DNA of 59,068 bases, from NCBI GenBank assembly GCA_023146045.1, contig JAGLCW010000017.1, positions 1 through 59,068 on the forward strand, read 5' to 3'. Every line of letters begins with the position of its first letter. The stretch's first letter is position 1. The translations under genes and the position numbers were made by a program. This DNA comes from Caldisericia bacterium. Lineage in GTDB: Bacteria; Caldisericota; Caldisericia; UBA6126. The notes under the pieces are model-generated. The model saw only the letters and a program-made list of their open reading frames with translations. It ran no database searches and was not told where the DNA came from. Shown one piece after another: positions 51,287-59,068 of this stretch.

Positions 51287-52119
51287 TAAAAATTCTCCTT
51301 GAATGCATCGAGAACAATATGATCTCTTCTGTCATAATGCAAGGGGAAAGATCTTATTTTTCTTTCAATTTCTTTGTGGTCAATATCAATAAACACAATG
51401 GATTCTTCCAAAAATGGTAGTTTCGCAATAATTTCACCACTTGGCGAAGCAACCATGCTACCTCCATAAAAACAGACACCTTCTTCAAATCCAACTCTGT
51501 TAACATAAATAACAAAAATTGAATTTTTTTCGGCATAACCGACAACAGTTCTTTCAATAAAAGAATCAATTGCAGGTCCGTCTCTGTTAATATTTCTTAA
51601 TGGTATATTAGATGCTACTATTAAACAATTCACATCTTTTTTTACAAATGAAACGATTGCTTCTTCGTGCCACATGTCACGGCAAATTAACATTCCCATT
51701 TTAAATTTATCAACATTAAATGGCGTTAACGTTTTCCCAGGCATAAAATCTTTAGAATCTTCAAACATACCATTAATTGGTAAAAATATTTTCCTATGTG
51801 TTTGCAGTATCTCACCTTTTGAACAATATGCTTGAGTAATATAGCACCTTGAATTGTCATCTATTTCAGGAAATCCAACTACGATGTCAATTTGCATTGA
51901 AAGTTTCATAACACTTTTCATTTTATCCGAATTAATTTTCATGCTAAGTTCATGCGTTAAATCTTTCAATCTATACCCACTAAGAGACATTTCTGGGAAT
52001 ACAATTAATTCAGCTTTTTCATCAATTGCCCTATATATGAACTCTTTATGTTTCTCAATTGATTTATCCCAATTTGAAAATATTGGTTCAATTTGAGCAA
52101 GAGCAATTTTCATATCCAT
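51286..52119 (-). CDS. Nitrilase-superfamily amidohydrolase, probable stand-alone glutaminase subunit of NAD synthetase
   Basis: ALAQ, FPEMSLSGY, HRK..LP..G.F, IC.D.W and NRVGFE.G..FYGGS motifs; stop overlaps the nadE start (TAATG). Confidence 0.85.
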   Translation of the reverse strand: MDMKIALAQIEPIFSNWDKSIEKHKEFIYRAIDEKAELIVFPEMSLSGYRLKDLTHELSMKINSDKMKSVMKLSMQIDIVVGFPEIDDNSRCYITQAYCSKGEILQTHRKIFLPINGMFEDSKDFMPGKTLTPFNVDKFKMGMLICRDMWHEEAIVSFVKKDVNCLIVASNIPLRNINRDGPAIDSFIERTVVGYAEKNSIFVIYVNRVGFEEGVCFYGGSMVASPSGEIIAKLPFLEESIVFIDIDHKEIERKIRSFPLHYDRRDHIVLDAFKENF

Positions 52120-52130
52120 CCTCCATTGCT

Positions 52131-52664
52131 TTATTTTGTTGGTAGCGTGTAAAGACTAGATCCTTTTGTTAACAAATATGTAACTAAAATGCTTCCACCT
52201 ATTCCAACAGAAACTAATTCACCAAGAATAATGGAACCAGCTACAGAAAAATATACCGGTAGTGAAAAATTAGCTAATGCAATATTAGAATCTATCATTA
52301 TGGAAACATAAAATGCTACACCAAAACCATTAATTAAAATTGGTGGCACTATACCAAAATATGCACCGATTCTTCTATTTTTCAAATTTCTCAAGTAATA
52401 AGTTAGAGTTGCGGCAATAAATGTGCATATTGTCCCTCCAATAATATCAACTATTCCAAATGGAGAAAAGATATTCGACAATAAACACCCAATTGTAACT
52501 CCCCAAATGGCTTCTGGGAAAAAAAATGGTAAAACAGTTAACATTTCAGAGAACCTAACTTGGATTTGACCAAATGACAATGGCATTACTGCAACTGTTA
52601 GAACAAAATACAAAGCTCCAATAAAAGACCCTCGTATCCAAGTTAGATTATCCAATTTTGGCAT
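52131..52664 (-). CDS. queT: QueT family queuosine-precursor transporter
   Basis: ALYFVLT..PLSFGQIQVRFSEML..LP and G.TIGCLLSN.FSPFG..D..G motifs. Confidence 0.9.
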   Translation of the reverse strand: MPKLDNLTWIRGSFIGALYFVLTVAVMPLSFGQIQVRFSEMLTVLPFFFPEAIWGVTIGCLLSNIFSPFGIVDIIGGTICTFIAATLTYYLRNLKNRRIGAYFGIVPPILINGFGVAFYVSIMIDSNIALANFSLPVYFSVAGSIILGELVSVGIGGSILVTYLLTKGSSLYTLPTK

Positions 52665-52667
52665 TAT

Positions 52668-54314
52668 TTAACTTTCAATAACAGAAACGAAAATTACTGG
52701 CTTCCTATGAACTTGTGAAGAGAAAAAGCCAGACAAATATCCCTTAACCATTATCTCAAGGTCAGTTCCTTTTCCATGCTGTTTTGACCATTTGTTAACG
52801 ATATCTTTTATACCATTAGATGATTTTTCATATAGATTGCTTGAAAAATCAGATGATATCAGTCCTTTTGTTTCAATTAACGGAAGTGTTTTCATTTTCC
52901 TTTTATCCATATCTAATAAAATCACTACATTTAAAACACCTTCTCGAGATAACTGCTTTCTTTCATTTATAACCGAAAGGCCAATATCCCCAACATTTCT
53001 TCCATCAACATAAATTGGTTCTGCAGGTACTTTACCAATTTGTTTCATCGTATTTTTATCTAGCCCTATAACGCTTCCATTCTCGCATATTTTAGTGTTT
53101 GCTTCTGGAATTCCAATCTCATGAGCAATCTTGCAATGAGCATACATTTGTCTGTATTCACCATGCACTGGAATAAAAAACTTTGGTTTAATCAATAACA
53201 TCATAAGTCTTAGGTCTTCTTTTGAACCATGCCCAGACGCATGAATGCCTTCTGTTCGATACACAACGTCTGCACCTCTTCTAATAAGGTTGTTAATATT
53301 TTTTGTAACAGATGCTTCGTTTCCTGGTATTGGATCAGCTGAGATAATTACTTTATCTCCTTTTTTAAGCTGAAGATGATCATGTCTATTTCTAGCAAGT
53401 TTTGAAAGTCCAGAAAAAGGCTCTCCCTGTGTTCCGGTTGTCAAAATCAACAGTTGCTTGTCTTGTAGTCTTTGCGAATCCTGATTGTTAGTCATTAATC
53501 TCTTTGGTATTTTAGAATAACCCAACTCCGTAGCAACCTGTATAATATTCATCATTGATCTTCCGTCAACTAAAACTTTTCTATTAACTTTATCTGCAAT
53601 ATCAAAAACTTGTTGAACCCTATGAAGGTTTGTAGAAAATGTTGCAACAATAACTCTTCCAGAAGTTGCTCTAATTAAATCTTCTAGTTTTAGTCCAACT
53701 GTTTTTTCAGATGGTGTAAAACCTGGTTCATCAGCATTGGTGCTGTCACCAAGATACAGAAGAACTCCATCTTTCCCAGCATTTGCAATCCCTTGTAAAT
53801 CTATTGGCCTATTGTCAATTGGAGTTAAATCTACTTTAAAATCACCAGAATGGATAATACTACCATGTGGAGTATGAAATACTGTTGCCATGCCATCTGG
53901 TATACTATGTGTTACACGAAGGAAGTCAATTTTTATTTTTCCAATTTTAATGCTTGAAGGTAAACTAACTTCTTTAAATTTTATTTCTTTAGATATGTAT
54001 GTTGGTAGTTCTGATTTAACAATCCCTATTGTCAAAGATGTTGCGTAAATAGGTGGATACCCAAGCTCTTTGCAAAAATACTTCAATCCTCCAATATGGT
54101 CTGCATGACCATGAGAAAGTATAATGCCCTTAATCTTTTTTTTATTTTGAAGAGCATAGCTAATGTCTGGCAATACTCTGTCTATTCCTAACAATTCTGC
54201 GTTTGGGAACTCAAAACCCGCATCTAGAATTATAATTTCGTTGTCGAATTCAAACAGGGTCATGTTCTTTCCTATTTCGTCAAGACCCCCTAAAAAATCT
54301 ATTTTAATTTTCAT
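52668..54314 (-). CDS. rnj: Ribonuclease J
   Basis: GGLDEIGKNM, SHGHADHIG, HSIPD, GDFK.D, TGTQGEP, HASGH and PVHGE motifs. Confidence 0.96.
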   Translation of the reverse strand: MKIKIDFLGGLDEIGKNMTLFEFDNEIIILDAGFEFPNAELLGIDRVLPDISYALQNKKKIKGIILSHGHADHIGGLKYFCKELGYPPIYATSLTIGIVKSELPTYISKEIKFKEVSLPSSIKIGKIKIDFLRVTHSIPDGMATVFHTPHGSIIHSGDFKVDLTPIDNRPIDLQGIANAGKDGVLLYLGDSTNADEPGFTPSEKTVGLKLEDLIRATSGRVIVATFSTNLHRVQQVFDIADKVNRKVLVDGRSMMNIIQVATELGYSKIPKRLMTNNQDSQRLQDKQLLILTTGTQGEPFSGLSKLARNRHDHLQLKKGDKVIISADPIPGNEASVTKNINNLIRRGADVVYRTEGIHASGHGSKEDLRLMMLLIKPKFFIPVHGEYRQMYAHCKIAHEIGIPEANTKICENGSVIGLDKNTMKQIGKVPAEPIYVDGRNVGDIGLSVINERKQLSREGVLNVVILLDMDKRKMKTLPLIETKGLISSDFSSNLYEKSSNGIKDIVNKWSKQHGKGTDLEIMVKGYLSGFFSSQVHRKPVIFVSVIES

Positions 54315-54903
54315 TTTTTCTCTTTCTGTTTTGAACTATTTCTTTCAATTTGGAAAAATCTTCCATAATTAACTCTAAAGTTGATCTTCGATACAATGCT
54401 GCTGCTGGGTGGTATGTGGGAAAATAACAAATGCCATTTACGATCATTGATTTTCCTCGAGCTCTGGATATAGATTGTCCAGACCCAAAAAGAGATGTAA
54501 GCGCAGCACTTCCAAGCACAACAATAACGGTTGGTTGGATTAATTCAATTTGTGATATTAAATATGGCTTACACGCTTCCATTTCAGAAGTTGATGGTGT
54601 TCTATTGCTTGGTGGTCTACATTTTACAGTGTTGCCAATAAATATTTGCTTCCTTGAAAGCCCAATATCTTCAAGCAATTTATCTAGAACTTTCCCAGCT
54701 TGTCCAACAAAAGGTTCACCGGTAAGATCTTCATTCTTACCGGGACCTTCTCCAACAAACATTACATCAGCATCTAGATATCCTGTACCAGGAACTGCCT
54801 TTGTTCTTGTTTTATACAAATCACACTTTTTACATGTCTCGATTCTCTTTATCAGTGTATTTTCAATTTCTTGCTTCCAAGTCATGCTTTTTGTTTGATC
54901 CAT
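54304..54903 (-). CDS. Family 4 uracil-DNA glycosylase (4Fe-4S)
   Basis: CKKCDL, GEGPG..ED..G.PFVG.AG, VKCRPP.NR.P and TYHPAA motifs. Confidence 0.95.
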   Translation of the reverse strand: MDQTKSMTWKQEIENTLIKRIETCKKCDLYKTRTKAVPGTGYLDADVMFVGEGPGKNEDLTGEPFVGQAGKVLDKLLEDIGLSRKQIFIGNTVKCRPPSNRTPSTSEMEACKPYLISQIELIQPTVIVVLGSAALTSLFGSGQSISRARGKSMIVNGICYFPTYHPAAALYRRSTLELIMEDFSKLKEIVQNRKRKNEN

Positions 54904-54906
54904 GTA

Positions 54907-57036
54907 TTAATCTTCTTGTTTTTGGTCGACACCTTTCATGGTAAGACTAATCTTTCCATTATTTGGGTCTACTGTCGCTACTTTTACTGTTACTCTTTGC
55001 CCCATTTTAATAACTACTTCATTTCCAGCCTTTAGTTTTCCATCTTCGTTATTTACACGTTTAGATGATATTTGAGAAACATGAAGTAAACCGTCTGTAC
55101 CTTTTTTTAATTCTATAAATGCACCAAAATCGCAAATTCTTACTACTTTGCCTTTGTATAATTCTCCAGGTTGGATTTCTTTTATCATTTCTTCAATTTC
55201 AGCTAAAGCAGCCTGCATCCCAGTGTCATCACTAGAAGAAATAAACACTCTACCGTCTGGTTCTATATCTATTTTTACGCCTGTTTCTTCTATTATTCGC
55301 TTAATATTTTTCCCACCGGGGCCAATAAGTTCGCCAATTTTTTCTTGCTTAATCTGAATGATTTTCATGCGAGGAGCATATGCTGATAAGTCTGTTCTGG
55401 CTTTATCTATTGTTTCAAACATTTGATCAAGGATATCTATACGTGCTATACGAGCTCGTTCTATACCTTCTTCTATTATGTCCATTGTGATCATCTGTTT
55501 TTTTACGTCCATCTGTATGGCAGTAATACCATCTCTTGTTCCAGCTACTTTAAAGTCCATATCTCCTGTGAAATCTTCAACACCTTGAATATCTGTTAGT
55601 ATTCTATATTTATCACCATCTGCTATCAGTCCCATAGCAATTCCTGCAACAGGAGCCAATATTGGTACTCCAGCATCCATTAATGCTAAGGTACTTGCGC
55701 AAATTGAAGCTTGCGAGCTAGAACCATTTGATTCAAGAACTTCAGAAACAACATGTATTGTGTAGGCAAATTGTTCTTCGGCAGGTACCACTGGAAGAAC
55801 TGCTCTTTCAGCTAATGCCCCATGTCCAACTTCTCTTCTCCCAGCACCTCGCAATGGTCTTACCTCTCCAACGCTAAATGGTGGGAAGTTATAGTAATGC
55901 ATATAATGCTTGGTCTCGGTTTCATCAAGGCTTTCCACAAGTTGACCTTCGCCTTTACCTCCGAGTGTTACCGCTGAAAGAACTTGTGTTTGTCCACGGG
56001 TAAACACTGCACTACCATGTACTCTAGGTAAAAGTCCAACTTCCATAGAAAGTTTTCTTATCTCGTTTTCTTTTCTTCCATCTGGTCTTCTGTTGGCATG
56101 AATGATCATATTTCTTACATATTTTGAAAGATACCCTTCAAATGCAAGATCTAGTTCGCTTTCTCTGTCTTCAAATGAAGGATCGCATTGAGAATGCATT
56201 TCTTTTTTTAGATCGCCTTCCGCAGTTTCTCTTTGTTCTTTGTCTGGGTTAAACAAAGCATCTTCAATACGAGGGTCTAAATATTCCTTAACGGCATTAA
56301 TTGCATCTTCAGCAGCGATAGGTTTTGTTGCAATATATTTTTCTTTGCAAGGTAATTGTTCAATTATTTCTTTTTGCCATGCAATCATTTCCATATTTTT
56401 TTCATGTAAACATTTAAATGCATCCATCATTTCATTTTCTTGTAAAATTGAAGCCCCAGCTTCAACCATCATGACAGACTTTTCGGTTTCAGCTACAACT
56501 AAATCTAAAGGGCTTTCAGCAAGTTCTTCTATGGTCGGATTTGTCTTTAAAACACCTTTAATCATCCCACATCTTGTAGCTGCTACAGGCCCATCAAATG
56601 GAACATTTGATATGGAAGTAGCAATAGAAGCCCCATTAATTGCTAACATATCGGAAGAATTTTCACCGTCGAATGAAAGAACATAAGCGATAACCTGAAC
56701 CCCATTACGAAGATATTTTGGGAATAAAGGGCGTAATGGTCTATCAATTAATCTAGATCTTAAAATTTCTCTATCAGATGGGCGACCTCCGCGTTTAAAG
56801 AAACCACCAGGGATTTTACCAGCAGAATACATCTTTTCAGCATAATCTACTGTTAGTGGGAAAAAATCAATATCCTCTTTTGGTTCTTTTGTCATAGTAA
56901 CTAATACTAATACTTTGGTCTCACCTGCCACACAAAGTAAGGATGCTCCTGCTTGTTTCGCAAGTTTTCCGTACTCAAATGAATAGTTAACACCATCAAT
57001 TGTTCGTTCAAATGTCATCAGCTTTTGCTCTTTCAT
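54907..57036 (-). CDS. pnp: Polyribonucleotide nucleotidyltransferase
   Basis: DFFPLTVDY, RLIDRPLRP, ESNGSSS and GDMDFKVAG motifs, with KH and S1 domains. Confidence 0.98.
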   Translation of the reverse strand: MKEQKLMTFERTIDGVNYSFEYGKLAKQAGASLLCVAGETKVLVLVTMTKEPKEDIDFFPLTVDYAEKMYSAGKIPGGFFKRGGRPSDREILRSRLIDRPLRPLFPKYLRNGVQVIAYVLSFDGENSSDMLAINGASIATSISNVPFDGPVAATRCGMIKGVLKTNPTIEELAESPLDLVVAETEKSVMMVEAGASILQENEMMDAFKCLHEKNMEMIAWQKEIIEQLPCKEKYIATKPIAAEDAINAVKEYLDPRIEDALFNPDKEQRETAEGDLKKEMHSQCDPSFEDRESELDLAFEGYLSKYVRNMIIHANRRPDGRKENEIRKLSMEVGLLPRVHGSAVFTRGQTQVLSAVTLGGKGEGQLVESLDETETKHYMHYYNFPPFSVGEVRPLRGAGRREVGHGALAERAVLPVVPAEEQFAYTIHVVSEVLESNGSSSQASICASTLALMDAGVPILAPVAGIAMGLIADGDKYRILTDIQGVEDFTGDMDFKVAGTRDGITAIQMDVKKQMITMDIIEEGIERARIARIDILDQMFETIDKARTDLSAYAPRMKIIQIKQEKIGELIGPGGKNIKRIIEETGVKIDIEPDGRVFISSSDDTGMQAALAEIEEMIKEIQPGELYKGKVVRICDFGAFIELKKGTDGLLHVSQISSKRVNNEDGKLKAGNEVVIKMGQRVTVKVATVDPNNGKISLTMKGVDQKQED

Positions 57037-57049
57037 TTCTTCTCTTTTC

Positions 57050-57316
57050 TTAACCTCTAATTCCCAAACTGGTAATCAGATTTTTGTAACGGATTTTATC
57101 CGTCTTTTTTAGGTAACGTTGTAATCTGCGGCGCTGTCCAACCATTTTCAATAGACCTCTTCTTGAGCTATGATCATGCTTGTGTTCAGCTAAATGTAAG
57201 GAGAGTGATTGAATCTTTTTTGTTAAGATTGCAATCTGCACCTCTGGTGATCCGTTGTCACCATCATGTACTTTATACTCTTCAATAAGTTTTGTCTTGT
57301 CCTCTTTAGTAATCAT
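57050..57316 (-). CDS. rpsO: 30S ribosomal protein S15
   Basis: [11 protein letters not shown] and [19 protein letters not shown] motifs. Confidence 0.98.
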   Translation of the reverse strand: MITKEDKTKLIEEYKVHDGDNGSPEVQIAILTKKIQSLSLHLAEHKHDHSSRRGLLKMVGQRRRLQRYLKKTDKIRYKNLITSLGIRG

Positions 57317-57320
57317 TAAA

Positions 57321-57380
57321 TCCTCCTATCCTATTACACAGTACTTCGCTGAGGAAAGCATAAGCCCGTGAAAAAGGTAA
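57321..57380 (-). promoter_or_regulatory. Probable S15 autoregulatory leader hairpin
   Basis: Leader folds as CCU/AGG, CACGG/CUGUG, GCUU/AAGU and GCU/AGC directly before the AGGAGGA SD of rpsO. Confidence 0.55.
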
Positions 57381-57437
57381 CTAGTTTTATTAGCATAAAT
57401 TTTTAAGATTTAAACAAAAATCCCATCATATTTTATA

Positions 57438-58307
57438 CTAAAAATAAAATACTCTTTCTATTTTACTGTTTGAAACAATTTCATCAACCTGTATTTTGTT
57501 TCCTTTTACTAATTCTCTGAGAATTTCTACATCTTTTTTCTGATCTTCCATTTCACATTTAGGAGTCTCTGTAATAAAATCAACAGATTGAGACATTGTT
57601 GAAACAATGGCTCCAAGAGCACCAAGCCCAATATATCCTCTTCCTAAATGTGCATGCCTATCAATGAAACTTCCTTTTTTTGTGCTAGAATCATTCAAAT
57701 GAACAAGTTTTGTTTTACCAAATACAAATGGGTATTTTTTTTTCAATTCACGGGCTTCATCTTTAGTCTTAAAAAGATAACCTGATTCGAATAAATGAGC
57801 TGTGTCAAGACAAACCCAAGCTGACTGTGTTTTATTCAGTTCTTTAATAAGCTGATCAAACAAACTCATTTCAGAACCAACAACATTTTTCAATGTTGTA
57901 TTTTCTAACAGTAAATTGCACTTATAAGAAAAATCAAAAAATACAGAATTCATTTCTTCGGCAATTTTTTTAATCATAACGTTTTTTGGTAAATTAACGT
58001 GTACAATTAACCCATCAACACATAATTCATCAGCTTCGTGTAATTTTTCACGAATTAATTTCCAGGAATTAACAGAACGATTTGATTTTGAAGTAGACAA
58101 AGAAATATTGTCTTGAGAGTGTACATAAATATTATTTACTGATTCAGTTTTTTTAAGTCGTTGGAACAAGGCTCTGAAATGTAATTTGTCTTTAAGCGTT
58201 AAACCGTTTTTTGGTTTTAGAAACAGCTGAAAACAATCGATTTGCATTTCATCTATTAGTTTTTCAACCGTATCAATATTTTGTAATCTTACATGAATCC
58301 CGATCAT
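57438..58307 (-). CDS. nfo: Endonuclease IV family (AP endonuclease 2) TIM-barrel protein, divergent
   Basis: IG.H, FQLF, VH, LLEN, CLDTAH.F.SGY, HLNDS, DRH..LG.G.IG and ETP motifs; all trinuclear Zn ligand positions present. Confidence 0.8.
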   Translation of the reverse strand: MIGIHVRLQNIDTVEKLIDEMQIDCFQLFLKPKNGLTLKDKLHFRALFQRLKKTESVNNIYVHSQDNISLSTSKSNRSVNSWKLIREKLHEADELCVDGLIVHVNLPKNVMIKKIAEEMNSVFFDFSYKCNLLLENTTLKNVVGSEMSLFDQLIKELNKTQSAWVCLDTAHLFESGYLFKTKDEARELKKKYPFVFGKTKLVHLNDSSTKKGSFIDRHAHLGRGYIGLGALGAIVSTMSQSVDFITETPKCEMEDQKKDVEILRELVKGNKIQVDEIVSNSKIERVFYF

Positions 58308-58406
58308 AAGCTAATATGATAAAAAATAGTTTACAAATTGCAAAATTATTACATGATAATATTGCTTTAAAAAACATTTAAACTAAAACACATTAGGAGT
58401 ACTAAT

Positions 58407-59068
58407 ATGAAAATAGTAATTATAGGTGGTGGACCAGGGGGTTACGTTGCTGCAATACGTTGTGCTCAATACGGCGGAGAAGTAACTGTTATTGAAAAAA
58501 AACACTTAGGTGGTACATGCGTAAATGAAGGTTGTATCCCAACAAAAGCACTATTAAAAGGAGTTCAACCATTAATTGAATGGAAACACTTTAAATCAAT
58601 GGGATTTAGTGCAGACAACCCAACAATAGACAAAGATAAATTACAAAAGCATGTTCAAAAGGTAGTAAAAATATCACGTCAGGGAATCGGTTATTTGATG
58701 AAAAAGAACAACATCAATGTTGTAAACGGCGAAGCAATTGGTTATCGCAATCGCTCTGTTATTGTCAAAAAAGAAAATGGAGAAGAAGTAATTCCTTACG
58801 ATAAGCTTATTCTTGCCATGGGTTCTGTTTCATCTGATATTCCTGGGATTAAAGTAGATGGAGAAAAAATTGTATATAGCGACGTACCACTAAAACTTGA
58901 GAAAATTCCAACAACAATGTTAATAGTTGGTGGTGGCGTTATTGGTCTTGAAATGGCAACAATATACAGCCAACTTGGCACAGAAGTTACTATCGTAGAA
59001 TGGCTAGATCAACTTTTAGCATGTGAAGATGCTGAAGCAGTTAAGGTGATTGAAAAAAATCTTATAAA
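58407..59068 (+). CDS. lpdA: Dihydrolipoyl dehydrogenase (3' end runs off the window; not in ORF track)
   Basis: MKIVIIGGGPGGYVAAIRCAQ, LGGTCVNEGCIPTKAL (redox CxxxxC) and VGGGVIGLE motifs; SD AGGAG. Confidence 0.92.
   Translation, partial: MKIVIIGGGPGGYVAAIRCAQYGGEVTVIEKKHLGGTCVNEGCIPTKALLKGVQPLIEWKHFKSMGFSADNPTIDKDKLQKHVQKVVKISRQGIGYLMKKNNINVVNGEAIGYRNRSVIVKKENGEEVIPYDKLILAMGSVSSDIPGIKVDGEKIVYSDVPLKLEKIPTTMLIVGGGVIGLEMATIYSQLGTEVTIVEWLDQLLACEDAEAVKVIEKNLI

Noticed and set aside
52655-52680. preQ1 riboswitch upstream of queT
   Set aside because: Only 3 nt separate rnj and queT, and I saw no preQ1 consensus.

Overview
Low-GC, gene-dense bacterial core-chromosome segment with no mobile element, CRISPR array, rRNA or tRNA that I could see. 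The cohesin/Ig/copper-amine-oxidase-N (stalk) surface protein and the Terrabacteria-type gene set suggest an anaerobe such as Caldisericota, but this taxonomy is inference only. Contents in order: ftsE (partial), yitT, surface protein, rseC-like gene, probable 6S RNA; gamma-CA and pduL; an F-type ATP synthase operon with a fused b-delta subunit and no separate atpH; purA-B-S-Q-L-N-H-D (no purE/K/C/F/M in the window); a SCIFF/ranthipeptide precursor missed by the ORF track, with its radical SAM/SPASM maturase; yigZ; oppBC; a dcw cluster (rsmH-ftsL-ftsI-murE-murF-mraY-murD-ftsW-murC-murB, with no mraZ or murG) headed by RNase P RNA; M42 peptidase, SPFH protein, rnc; response regulator, kinase and large lipoprotein; an SLH-fused OppA; SDR; PrsA-like foldase; a long operon rpsO-pnp-udg-rnj-queT-nitrilase-nadE-hypothetical-Cas4/RecB-like nuclease; nfo; lpdA (partial). 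The best candidate for undescribed biology is the dcw cluster: MurC and MurE have rewritten amino-acid-selecting motifs, and MraY, FtsW and MurD carry substitutions in normally invariant motifs, which points to a non-canonical peptidoglycan precursor. All family and motif calls were made by eye, without database searches.
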